From Felis catus (taxonomy: Eukaryota): 64,000 nucleotides of DNA. Made by a program: the position numbers and the translations under genes. The number at the start of each line of letters is the position of its first letter. Positions within the stretch are counted from its first letter, which is position 1. The stretch is from contig NC_058368.1 of NCBI RefSeq assembly GCF_018350175.1, positions 98,334,001 to 98,398,000 on the forward strand, written 5' to 3'. Under the pieces are notes generated by a model. It was not told where the DNA came from. It made no database searches and saw nothing but the letters and a program-made list of their open reading frames with translations. Shown in pieces: positions 1 to 12,657 of the stretch.

Positions 1-200
1 CTCTATGGCTCATTTGGTTAAGCATCCGACTTTGGCTCACTCACAATCTTGTGTTTCGTGGGTTTGAGCCCTGCGTTGGGCTCTGTGATGACAGCTCAAA
101 GCCTGGAGCCTGCTTCTGATTCTGTGGCTCCCTTTCTCTCTGTCTGTCCCCTATTCATGCTCTGTCTGTCTCTATCTCAAAAATAATAATAAAAAATGCA
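1..200 (+). mobile_element. CAN-SINE (SINEC_Fc-type), 5' end at window edge
   Basis: tRNA-derived head (tggctca..ggttaagcatccgac..ggtttgagccc), ctctgtg.tgacagctca body, CT tract, A-rich tail. Confidence 0.9.
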
Positions 201-2377
201 TAAAAATGTATAAAGTGAATTCATATTGAAGACACACTATGCATAGCAATGGCAACTGATAATAGTTGGTTGCAATAGAAAATAAAACCTTGGATTGCAA
301 GTAACTTGTTCTGTGAGTGTTCCGCAAGATGAGCAAACATTTTAAATAAATTTTAAATTGACAAATGAGAGATGTCTTGCAATACGAGTGGTACGTGGTG
401 CTGAACATCATGTGATCACAAGTGACACAATTTACTTTGATATACGAGTGCTTTGGATTACAAGCATATTTCCGGAATGAATTATTCTTGCAAATCAAGG
501 TTTATTCTATACTCCAGTTTTAAATAATTATGTAGAAACAGTATTTAGTGGGGATATGAATGTATTTTGATGTTTGATATTATAGGCAGCACAGGGCATC
601 ACAAATAATTGCCTAGAGCCTAAGAAGTTCTTAGAATTTTCTCTCACTCTTTTTCTCTCCATCTTTCTCTGTCTGTATCCCCCTCCTCTATCACCCAGAC
701 AATGTCTTCTTTTGTGTCCTCCTTTTTCCGTTCTCCCCATTCTCATCCCAGGCGTTATAAGATAGATGGAGAGGGCTTTTCCACTCATGAAGAAGAAAAT
801 CATTATACATTCCTTGGACCTTTAAGACAAAAATATCATGGCCAGGTTTTAAGTGTTCTGCATCCATTAAAGACCCGTGTTATCTGGTTCCTTTTGGTAA
901 CCATTCTCTTAATCAGTCAAGTATTTTATTAGAGGACATGTGGGTGAGCAGTGCTGTTGGTTTCTTAATTATATCTACTCATCACTTGTATTTTGGGAAA
1001 TATTTTCAGGATATTTTTAACTTTTAAAAACAGAAACACACCTGACTGCAAAACCACTGAGAGCTTTTTGGAAATGCCAAAGAAAGTAGATTCTCACATT
1101 GTGCTGAAGTTTATTCAGAGAGTAGTTTACATTTTTGTTTCTATACATGCAAATGAGGATAAATCAAATAATTATATGAATAAATAATTGGATAAGGTAA
1201 TCAGTAGAAATTAATTTTACCAGGAGAGCTTTTTATGTTAAGATTCCTTGAGAAGCAATCTAGATGTAGCCATGCAAACTGAGTGCATACTACTCTAAAA
1301 GTGACAATTTCTTCTGTGTTCTAAATGATTTCATTATCATGAGAAACATTTCTTCTAAAGTTGGCATTATTTATTGTCAGTCAAATATAGCTAAGGGCAA
1401 TATAATACACATTTTGAGTTATGGGTCTCTGTTCCTCTGTATCACAATATAAAATTTCTGGCCACCATCATACTTTGTGAATCATCTGTGGCAGGTGTCA
1501 CTGAAGGTCATTCATAAACCCTATTTTCAAGTGATAGAGTCTCTTCTTTTGAAATGCTACTGAGCTAGATCATCTCTGATAATTTATGTGCTTTAATTAG
1601 ATCATAAAGTCAGAGAATATGCTACAAAATAATCTTTGGTTTAATTTTTTCTGTTCCTGTCGCTTCATTAAATGAAATATTTATTACATTTAAGTAATTT
1701 TAATACTTTATTAATTTTCATTAATATTCGTTACACACAGTATGCTTACAATCGCTAACTAGGTGATCATGTGGTCTTTAAGACTTTTTAATAAACCATA
1801 TGAGTATATTCAGTTAGAGCATGGTTATCTAATTTTGGAGAAAAAATGGACTTTTTGTTGGAATTTTTAATTTCCCAAGATGCGAAAGAAAAGGGTGTCA
1901 TTGTATAGTAAGTCAAATAGACATAAACTGAGATCTCTTTAAATATATGGAAAAGGCAGCTATCTTTTTATAATAAAAATTGGGTTGTTTTGATTCATCT
2001 ATGGCTGATAATGGTTAGGAGTCAAGTGCAATATGGAAATGGGACATCAGGATGGGCTGATGATACATATCCCAGATATAGCAGGGGGCAGAGATGAGGT
2101 TTGTTCTTGGTGTTCCCATTCATTGATAAAGTTTATTGTTTACGCAGTAAAATCACCAAGCTTTAGATTTACAAATCAATGAAATTATCATAGTTACTTC
2201 ACAAGGTTACTGAGAGGATTAAAAAAGACAATTAATGTCAAAGATGTTATAAGTTATATGAAATGCTATTCATTTCATATAACAAACACTACTGTTGACT
2301 AGGACCCACATGACATAATATATATTACGTACTTAGTAATATTTTGTGCTGAATACAACATTAAAGATTGAAAAAAA

Positions 2378-2583
2378 TGTTTTAATGTCTATTTATTTTT
2401 GAGAGAGATACAGAGTGCGAACGGGGAGGGGCAAAGAGAGAGAGGGAGACACAAAATCTGATGCAGACTCCAGGCTCTGACCTGTCAGCACAGAGCCTGT
2501 CACGGGGCTGAAACGCACGAACTGTGAGATCATGACCTGAGCTGAAGTTGGACGCTTAACCGACTGGGCCACCCAGGCGCCCC
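2378..2583 (-). mobile_element. CAN-SINE
   Basis: Ends ccacccaggcgcccc; degenerate TSD tgaatacaacatt (2350) / tgagtgcaacatt (2584). Confidence 0.95.
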
Positions 2584-3244
2584 TGAGTGCAACATTTTAA
2601 GTGCATAAATCTTTGGTAGAATAGTGATAATATAAAATGATAATTTATATTATATTAATTTACAAATGCAAGCTTGGCAGTAAAAAACAAGAATATATAA
2701 TTGGATTTTTTTTCTTCTTTCAGTTAGCCATCCTCCAGATTAAAAGTTGAAGTTATTCTGAGAAAAAAATACACACACAGGATTGAAAGTAAGCTTTTTC
2801 TGTTAATATGACTTACTTGAATATTAACCTCCTCCTTAGACATATGTTAATTCTGTTATATAATTTAGTAGGAGTTGAATTAGCCTGTCTCCCATTCTCC
2901 TTTTCTGTTTCTCTACCTTCCCCCCTTTCCACCCCTCCTGTGAGTTTTTGTAACTGTACTTCTTTGTAGTGTGAATATTTTCTTAATTGAAGTAATGTAT
3001 ACACTTGTGAATTATTTGTGATTTTTATGAGTTCTTCTGTAAAAACTACAAAAATTATATTTTCAGGAAAGAATGTTTTAATTTACTCACCCACCAAGTA
3101 CTTATTTGTGTGCCTACAATGTATCAGGTAGGTATTAGGAAAGGAATTTTCTAACAAAGCCATGTTGGGTTCTTTTCAGATGTAGGGAGAGATGAGATGC
3201 CTTATTAAATGCTCTAAAAATTCATTGACTCTCTGAAGCAAAAG

Positions 3245-4290
3245 AGTAGCAATGTGTTGAGTATTTATGATACATGTAAACATAAGATGTATGAAAACAG
3301 TAGTACAAAGAATGGAAAGTGAGAATTGGAATTATATTTTGTAGGGTTTTTACACTAAATGTGAAATAATATATTAGTTAAAGATACATATTGTAAACCC
3401 TATGAGACTCCAAACACAATTTTTAAAGTGGTGTAAATAAAAGTCAATAGAGGAAATAGAATTAAATCTTAAAAAATGCTTGATTAATTCAAAAGAAGGC
3501 AGAAAAAAAAGAACATATTGGAAAAAAGTAACAGGTAGGAAAATGGTAAATTTTAATCAATCATATTATATCAACCATATAAATATAAACACCCCAATGT
3601 AAAGACACAGATTATGAAATTAGACTAAATAAAGCATGAGCCAATTATATGTTGCCTATAGGAAACCTAAGTGAAACATAAAGTCACATATAGTTGACAG
3701 GTATAAGGATGAAAAAAGGTATACTATATAAACATAAAGTAAAATAAAGCCAAGGTAGATATGTCTATCTCAGATATGTAATCTTCAGAAGGAGGAACAT
3801 AACCAAAGATAATGAGGGACATTCCATTATAATAAAGGGGTCCATTCACCAAGAACATAAAACAATTCTAAATATGTATGCACCCAACATTCATTTAAAA
3901 ATGTATGAGCAGACCAAAAAAGGGGGTGACATTTCACATCCATCAAAATGCCTACAAACAGACTGATCATATTAAATGTTATCAAGAATGTGTAGCACTC
4001 AGAACTCCTATATGTTGATCATGTGAATATAAACTAGTACAATCACTTAGGGAACAAGTTTGGAAGTACTTACAAAGTTAAACATATATTTCTAATATGC
4101 AGCCATTTCACCTTTGGATATTAAGAATAAGAAAATAGAAAGCACATGTCTGTACCAAGACTTGTATATGAATGTTCATAGCAATTTTATTTGGATTGCC
4201 AAAACTTGGTAACAACTTAAATGTTGATCAACAATTGGCTGGATAAAAAAACATCGTGTGGAATATAACAGAGCAGTAAAAGGAATGAAC
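3245..4290 (+). mobile_element. Ancient L1M (L1ME-like) remnant: inter-ORF/ORF2 endonuclease region joined to ORF2 3' end
   Basis: Degenerate ORF2-start motifs (ataataaaggggtccattcaccaagaacataaaacaattctaaatatgtatgcacccaac), then ORF2-end motifs (aatgttcatagcaattttattt, aaaaggaatgaac). Confidence 0.75.
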
Positions 4291-5254
4291 ATTTTTTTTC
4301 AAATTTTTACTTAAATTCCAGTTAGTTAACATAGAGTGTAATATTGGTTTAAGTGGTACATTTTAGTGATTCATCACTCACATATAACACCTACTGCTCA
4401 ACAGGACAGGTGTCCTCCTTAATACCCATCACCCATTTAGCCCATCCCCTACCCACCTTCCTCCACCAACCCTCAGTTTGTTCTCTCTCATTAAGAGTCT
4501 CCTATGGTTTGTTTCCCCTCTCTTTTTTTTCTCTTCCTGTATGTTCATCTGTTTTGTTTCTTAAATTCCCCATATGAGTGAGATCATATAGTATTTGCCT
4601 TTCTCTGTCTAACTTATTTCACTTAGCATGATACACTCTAGCTCCATCCACATTGTTGCAAGTGGCAAAATGTCACTCTTTTTGATGGCTGGGTAATATT
4701 TCATTTTCATATCTTCTTTTTCCATTCAATAGTCATTAGACATGTGGGCTCTTTCCATAGTTTGGCTGTTGTTGATAGTGCTTCTATAAACATCTGGGTG
4801 GGTGTACCCCGTTTGAATCTGTATTTTTGTACCCTTTGAGTAAATACCCAGTAGTGGAATTGCTGGATCATTGGGGAGTTCTATTTTTAACTTGTGGAGG
4901 AACCTCCATACTATTGTCCAGAGTAGCTGCACTAATTTGCATTCCTACCAGCGGTGCAAAAGAGTTCCCCTTTCTGTACATCCTCACCAATACTTGTTTC
5001 TTTTGTTGTTAATTTTAGTCATTCTGACAGGTGTGAGGTGTTATCTCATTGTGGTTTTGATTTGTATTTCCCTGATGATGAGTGATGTTGAGGATCTTCT
5101 CATGTGTCTGTTAGCCATCTGGATGTCTTCTTTGGAAAAATGTCTATTCATGTCTTCTGTTCATTTCTTCACTGGATTATTTGTTTTTGGGGTGTTGAGT
5201 TTGATAAATTCTTGATAGCTTTTGGATACTAACCCTTTATCAGATATGTCATTT
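4291..5254 (-). mobile_element. Carnivore L1 3' end (host element, part 1)
   Basis: T-tail, 3'UTR, ORF2p C-terminal remnant (ORF 4726-4932, [23 protein letters not shown]); interrupted at atcagatatgtcattt. Confidence 0.92.
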
Positions 5255-5279
5255 TTTTTCTTTTTCTTCTTTTATATTT

Positions 5280-6260
5280 TTAAAATAAAGTTTTATACAT
5301 ATATAGTTTGAAAGGTCAAATCGCCTATGTTTTATTATTAAAAAAAAAAAAATTACTCCTCTGTGCTCCATTTCCTCCCCTCCCTGCAGACAACTGTGTT
5401 TACCGGCTTAAGTGGATTATTTTAGGATTTATTTCACATCTATAATTATCACACTTTTAATGCTACTTGATTTTCTGATTTTAGGCTTTATCAACAATCT
5501 ACTATCGTGGAGGGTAAGTATGTAGCTCTCCCCTCTCCACTTTCCTGTCCCCCAATTTAGGTTACGTTGTAACTCCAGCTGAATCAATATCCAGTGTTTA
5601 CGTTATGATAATGTAAACATTATTCACAACAAATATATGGAAGTACTTTCCTTTCCTTCACATTTTTTTCCCTTACAGAGTTAAAAATAGTCTTGATTTT
5701 TGTTTTGCTTAGTTTTGTATGTGCTCAGTACTAACTCACCCTCTCTCTCCCAGTTGTCCCTTATTTGAACTAAAGCTTCCCTCAAAACATTGTGACACAT
5801 CAGGTATTTCTAGTAATTTCTTCTTCCTGAAGAAGTCTTCCCAGGCCTTCTGGCTAGTTTCAGTCAAGTGTGGGTGCCCTCTGATGTGATGCAAGGTGTT
5901 ATCCTGGGATGGGTCTTCCCCATCATTCTTCTCCATCTCCTTTCATCTTTCTCCTGTGCTGGACTGTCCCTGTTGTATCTCATGCTGTCTTCTTTCTTGG
6001 TCTACTCTTTCATTTCGGTGGAGAGCATCTCCCAGTAGCTTGCTCAGAAATGTTATCTGGGGGGTAAAGATTTGAAGGCTTTTCTTGTCTGAACATACCT
6101 TCGGCCTACCTTCGTATTTGATTTTGATTGGTAGTTTGACTGGGTATAGAATATTAAGTTGTTAGTAGTTTTCCTTCAGAACTTTGAAGGTGTTATTCTA
6201 CTGCCTGTCAAACTTCTAGTTTTCCCATTGAGAAGTCATGCTGATACCTTATCTGGTTCC
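5280..6260 (-). mobile_element. HAL1 (half-L1) remnant, inside a transduced insert
   Basis: Resembles the recalled HAL1 3' consensus (acacatcaggtatttc, tcctgggat, ggtggagagcatctcccagtagcttgctcagaaa, gtttgactgggtatagaat, ttgagaagtc). Confidence 0.75.
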
Positions 6261-6755
6261 TCTTTTTCTTCTTTTTTTTTCTTATTATAAATTTATTTTT
6301 TAAGTTCTCAGTTATGCCATTAAAAGGAATAACATTAGTAACAGCAGTGAGGTTGTTGGATAAAAACAAAAAGAAATGGGGGATTACAGATAGACTTTTG
6401 GATCTCCATCAGCTTTTGATGATGCAGTTTATTTTGGTATTTTGTTTCAGTTTCATAGATTTAGAAGTAGCTGTACATGATCATAGTTTGTTATGCTCAG
6501 TATAGACTATTCTTAAATTAAGTTGATACTATTTTTTTAAAATGAAGAATGACAGGAAGTTCTTGCTTAGAGTTTAATTCCTAGCAATATGTTAACAATG
6601 GTCAAGTTCTTTTACCTAAATTTACAGGTTGAGTAAGTACCACCCAAGACAAGCATGCTGATACACAGTCCCTTGTGATCATTATCTACTTTGTGCCGTG
6701 AGGACAGCGTATGTCTCCTAGTGTCCTGAACCTTATGTGACAAGTGGGAGATAGA

Positions 6756-7401
6756 TTTTCTTTCTTTTTTTTTAAATTAACTTGTTTTATTTTTTTATTT
6801 TTTAATTTACATCCAGTTTAGTTAGCATATAGTGCAACAATGATTTCTGGAGTAGATTCCTTATTCCCCTTACCCATTTAGCCCATTCCCCCCTCCCACA
6901 AGCCCTCCAGCAACCCTCAGTTTGTTCTCCATATTTATGAGTCTCTTCTGTTTTGTCCCCCTCCCTGTTTTTATATTATTTTTGTTTTCCTTCCCTTATG
7001 TTCATCTGTTTTGTCTCTTAAAGTCGTCATATGAGTGAAGTCATATGATTTTTGTCTTTCTCTGACTAATTTCACTTAGCATAATACCTTCCAGTTCTAT
7101 CCATGTAGTTGCAAATGGCAAGATTTCATTCTTTTTGATTGCTGGGTAATACTCCATTGTATATATATACCACCTCTTCTTTATCCATTCATCCATCCAT
7201 TTGGGCTCTTTCCATACTTGGCTATTGTTGATAGTGCTGCTGTAAACATGGGGGTGCATGTGTCCCTTCGAAACAGCACACCTATATCATGTGGATAAAT
7301 GCCTAGTAGTGCAGTTGCTGGGTCGTAAGGTAGTTCTATTTTTAGTTTTTTGAGGAACCTCCATACTGTTTTCCAGAGTGGCTGCACCAGCTTTCATTCC
7401 C
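6756..7401 (-). mobile_element. 5'-truncated felid-type L1 3' end with poly(A)
   Basis: T-tail 6756-6803, 3'UTR, ORF2p C-terminus (ORF 7181-7387, [23 protein letters not shown]). Confidence 0.93.
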
Positions 7402-7874
7402 ATCAGATATGTCATTTGTAAATATCTTCTCCCATTCTATCGGTTGTTTCTTTAGTTTTGCTGATTGTTTCCTTTGCTGTGCAGAAGCTTTTTATCTTGA
7501 TGAGGTCCCAAGAGTGCATGTTTGCTTTTGTTTCCCTGGCCTACTGCAATGTGTCTAGTAAGAAGTTGCTCTGGCCAAGGTCAAAGGGGGGGCTGCCTGT
7601 GGTCTCCTCTAGGATTTTGATGCTTTCCTCTCTCATATTTAGGTCTTTTATCCATTTTGAATTTATTTTTGTGTATGGTGTAAGACAGTACTTTCTTCGG
7701 CATGTTGCTGTCTAGTTTTCCTAGCACCATTTCCTGAAGAGACTGTGTTTTTCCAATGGATATTCTTACCGGTTTTGTCAAAGATTAATTGGCCATATGT
7801 TTGTGTGTCCATTTCTGGGTTCTTGCTTCTGTTCCAACGATCTGTGTTTGTTTGTTTTTTGTTTATTTTTGTGT

Positions 7875-7913
<39 letters not shown>

Positions 7914-8633
7914 CAGTACCATACTGTCTTGATGATTACAGCTTTGTAATACAGCTTGAGGTCCAGAACTGTGATGCCTCAAGCTTTGGTTTACTTTTCC
8001 AACATTACTTTGGTTATTTGGTGTCTTCTCCCATACAAATTTTGGGATTGTTTCTTCTAGCTTTGTGAATAATGCTGGTGTTATTTTGATATGGATTACA
8101 TTGAATGTGTAGATTGCTTTGGGTAGTATCAACATTTTAACAATATTTGTTCTTCCAACCCATAGCATGGAATATTTTTCCTTTTTTTGTGTGTCTTCTT
8201 CAGTTTCTTTCATGAGCTTTGTATAGTTTTCAGTATATTGATTTCTCGCCTCTTTGGTTAGGTTTATTCCTAGGTATTTTATGGTTTTTGGTGCAATTGT
8301 AAATGGGATTGATTCCTTGATTTCTCTTTCTGTGCTTCATTATTGGTGTATAGAAATGCATCCAATTTCTCTACATTGATTTTGTATCTTATATCTTTGC
8401 TGAAATCATGTATCAGTTCTAGAGTTTTTTGGTGGAGTCTTTTGGGTTTTCCACATAGAGTATCATGTCATCTGTGAAGAGTGAAATTTTGACTTCCTCT
8501 TTAGTTTTCAGAGTACAGATATTTTACTTCTTTGATTAGACTTATTCTTAGGTACCTTGTTGGTTTTGGTGCAATTGTAAATGGAATTAATTTTTTTTAT
8601 TTCTTTTTCTGTTGCTTCATTATTGGTATATAG
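7402..8633 (-). mobile_element. Carnivore L1 ORF2 region (host element, part 2)
   Basis: Resumes the L1 sequence broken at 5254 (atcagatatgtcatttgtaaatatcttctcccattc); ORF2p-like peptide GRTNIVKMLILPKAIYTFN. Confidence 0.9.
7870..7912. repeat. (TG)n microsatellite inside L1
   Basis: Direct reading. Confidence 0.95.
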
Positions 8634-8970
8634 CTCTCCATGCAAGAAATAACATGGGAGAATCTAAAAAGAATTGAGTTGAATGAAAAAAAAAAACAAA
8701 AAATAAATAATGTCTACTTCTGTTTGTATGGAATTCTAAAACTGCAAACAATAACAATTCTAGAAAATGCAAACTAATTTATAGTGACAGTATGTTTATC
8801 AATGTCTCCCTGAGGCAAATGGAAGAGAGACACTAGGGATAAAAATTGAACATGAACTAACTTTGGAGGAGGGATGGTTTCATGGTTGTCTATACATTGA
8901 AACTTACATGATTGTACACTGTAAATATGTGCAATTTATTATATGTCAATTTTTCAAAGAGTGAAAAATA
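8634..8970 (+). mobile_element. Ancient L1ME-like 3' end, continuation of 3245-4290
   Basis: catgcaag..aacatgggagaatct..., aaatgcaaactaatttatagtgacag, tgtacactgtaaatatgtgcaatttattatatgtcaatt. Confidence 0.75.
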
Positions 8971-11239
8971 ACTCAGTTATTTAAACCTTTCACAATATTT
9001 CATCTAGAACTAAGGCTGGAACATTAACAAATCTAGAGGATTGACATCTCATGACTTCAATTTTATTATTAGGTTCAGCTTGCCACACTGTTTCTCTAGG
9101 ATGAGTCCTTATTTAGAAGGCTCTGCATGTAAAGGTGTTTTTAACTGCCTGAACCACCAGTATACTATTAAGAGGGAATGTGTATGAGTCCTAGTGGTCA
9201 GGCTTTGTACAGTTAACTCACTTGGGAAAATTAAAAGATATTAGTAAGCATGTAAGGGGCAATGTTTAATGAATACAAAATTAGGGGTTCTACAACTTGC
9301 TCCTAAATTCCTTTCTGGAACCAACTGTGGCTTCAGAGTCACCATTTCACCTCCGATCTTTTTATATCCACCTTTAAAAAATAAGGAACTAAACAAATTC
9401 TAAGGACACTTCCACTTCTAAAAACATGATTCAATAGCAATAAATACTTATGTACCCCTCTACTCTGTATCCACCACTGTGCTAGTTGTTAAAGATCTGC
9501 AGATAAAATAAAGGAAGCAGTAAGTAAATCATTATAATACAATGTGTTTTCTGCGACTATACACATCAGCACAGGGTGCTTAAGGAATACAGAGGAAAGA
9601 ATGCCCAACTCTGGGAACAAGAGAGGATATCTGTTGGTTATTCTCCCATTTTCCTCTGCCACTTTGCCACTGTCTAGCATTGCTGATTATCCCAAGTATC
9701 CCTGTGATTCTAGAGAGGTTGATGCCGCTGTGCTGCTATACTTAAAGCCTGAGCTTGTTCAGGCTAAATGTTTAGGACTTAGGCGGAGAATTTTGGAACA
9801 CACCCATAATGAATACAGGATAGGAATCATAAATACCTTCATTCTAATTTCTCCTCTGGACACGAATATACCAATAATTCAGGCATACCCTGTACAATAC
9901 CTCTACAGTTAACGTCTTCCAATATTTTATTCCCTTTAAATGTTTAAAACATTTGAGCCAAATGCTCATTTTTGCTACCTGAGTAGCATATTCATGTTAG
10001 ACCAGGCAAGGATATGTATGCAGTTCTTTAAATTGCTATGAGTGGTCATAAGCCTACTCATGTGCCTGCCTGTGTGAAGGCAGCTTGACTTGACTATGTG
10101 AACCAGTCTCATAAAGAGTAAATTATTACTTTCCAGTAGTTCAAAGGAATTCTTTATTTCTGTTTACATGACAACTTCTCTTCCACCTTTCTACCTTCTG
10201 GCCTATAAATATCAAGTTGATATTCTGTGTGCTTTAAAGAAAAAAAAGATAATTTTAAGGTAGACTCTGATTTTCTTTACCTCTTTTTTAACTTTAACTT
10301 TTTCTAGTATAAACTCCCATCTTCAATTATTTTATCTGTTCATTATTTTCATTTTTAAGCTTCCAGTGATTTTTTAATTTATGTAACATTCATGGATGCT
10401 TATTTACCTTTTAAAAGAGAGAAAATCACATATTTGGTTATTATTCAAAGGAGAAGATTAATATGGGCTTCCAGATCTCCATGGGAACACAATAAGTGTT
10501 CCCCACGATTTATTTTCTGGAAATGGAGAAAAAAATCGTTTCCATGGAGATGCAAAGGTGAACTAAACAGAGATGGCCCTGAGGGCATTGACATCAGTAA
10601 GCACTGACAATTCTGCCACCTCCCTGATCCCAAATATGAGGTGCTTCTGAATTCAACCCAAAATGACAATGAGTGACATAATTAGACATATTTTTGTGTC
10701 TTCTCAGGAATTAAAAAAAACTATTTGGGTTTGCCAATTAGAATGGGTAGGTCATATAAAATAATATGGGGGAAAAAACTTCTTTGGAAACACAATAATG
10801 AAGTTCAAGGCTCACTGTGGGGGAAAAAAAAGATGAAACAAGACACCCGTGAAATGACAATATGTCCTTGCTGTTGGAAAAAGAGAATTTCTTAATTAGT
10901 GGATTTTATCATAGAGGAGTTTTGAAATTAGGAGACAACTAAACCAGTACATATTTATTGCTTTCATGTAAGAATTCTCACACAAAACCTTTTTCCTTTA
11001 CATTTGGCTTCTATAGATCTAGGCAATCAGTATTCAATTTGCTGGTAGTAGTCTTGTTTCCAGTGAGGTAAAAGAAATAATTCCTTCCTTCTGTAGTTGT
11101 ATACTTGGTTAGTTTTAAAACATGGTATCTATATGCTTAAGTAAAAATGAAAACCATACTGTGTTTAACAAATTCAACAAAAAAGAGCATCACGCAGAAT
11201 AGAGCAGACTTGGTTTGTGTTCTGCTTCTTTAATGGGTT

Positions 11240-11750
11240 AATTTATTCAAGGAAACATTATTGAGTGTAATTGTGTGCCTGGTATTGTTCACAAAGTTGA
11301 GAAAACAGAAATAAAAGATAAGAAATTGCAATCTTGAGGGAGTACAAACAACATAATAAAGGACATGGAAGAAGTAGGAGTAGGGAATGGTAGGGACATT
11401 TAGGAGCATGTGCAGTGCAACTAAGACGGGGGGGGGGCAGGTGATGTGACCCATGCATTGGAGGTTGAATAAATGTAGGATGTAATCAAGTAGAGGAGGG
11501 AAGGGGAACAGTATACAAAACACCAGTGAGTGAGTTAGCCTGAGACATGAGGAAAATTGCAGTATAAGTGCTTCACCATGACTGAAAGGATGGAAGCAGA
11601 TGTGGGAAATGCTGGAGAAAAAGCTAGAATGTTGATTGAGAACACTTCTGCAGTGTTCTCAGCATTTAAAGCAAATTGGTGGAATCCAAACTGGGTTCTC
11701 AGAAGTAGCACCTTAGGCTATACTGGGGAGAGATTGGAAGCTCATGTGAT
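11240..11750 (-). mobile_element. L2 remnant
   Basis: atttattcaa..attattgagtg...tgtgtgcctgg L2 3'-end pattern; right boundary approximate. Confidence 0.55.
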
Positions 11751-12227
11751 TATAAGCAAAGAAACAAGTAGGAACCCACTAAAATATTATTCCAAGGAAA
11801 TAATTCATGTGAGTGGTTTCAGTATCCATGATGGATATAGATATTTTATCCTTGGAAAGAGGCTTTTGAATTGTATGGATACAGGTTGATTTTATATCAA
11901 TATATTGCACTAAGACAGATTGCAAAGTGACTTATGAGTACTATTTGGTCCAAATGTGTGCTGGTTCACTCTGATGAAAATAACCGAATTTGAATCTGTT
12001 TAGATTTACTGAGTAAGTGGAAACCAAGTTTGCCAGTGTCTACCACTTTGTATTATTTATTTCACATATTGGGGTTATCATCAAGAGTACTTAGATTTGA
12101 ACCACATTAGTCTGTAAGCACTCATTTAAAGGTAGTCCTGACTGTTAATTTTGGATGTCACATTATCCTTTTTGTGTACATCCTCTTAATTTTGTTCATG
12201 CTTGCCTTATATGTTCTGCTGAATTAT

Positions 12228-12445
12228 ATTTTTTAAATAATTTTTAAAAATGTTTATTTATTTATTTTGAGAGAGACAGTGTGAGCAGGGGAGGGACAGA
12301 GAGAGGAGAGAGAGAATCCCAAGCAGGCTCCGTTGCTGCCAGCTGCAGAGCCTGAGGCAGGCCTCTAACCCACCAACTGTGAGATCATGACTTGAGTGGA
12401 AACCAAGGGTCAGTCACCTAATGGACTGGGACACCCAGGTGCCCC
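12228..12445 (-). mobile_element. CAN-SINE
   Basis: Ends cacccaggtgcccc; TSD tgttctgctgaatt (12212) / tgttctgccgattt (12446). Confidence 0.95.
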
Positions 12446-12474
12446 TGTTCTGCCGATTTTTAAAGTAATTTTAT

Positions 12475-12657
12475 GGGAGTTCCTGGGTGGCTCAGTCCGT
12501 TAAGCGTCTGATTTCAGCTCAGGTCATGATCTCATGGTCTGTGGGTTTGAGCCCCGCATTGGGTTCTGTGCTGACAGCTCAGAGCCTGTTTCGGATTCTG
12601 TGTCTGTCTCTTTGCCCCTATCCTGCTCATTCTCTGTCTCAAAAATAAATAAACATT
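12475..12657 (+). mobile_element. CAN-SINE
   Basis: gggagttcctgggtggctcag head; TSD ttaaagtaattttat (12460) / ttaaagtaatttttat (12656). Confidence 0.95.
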
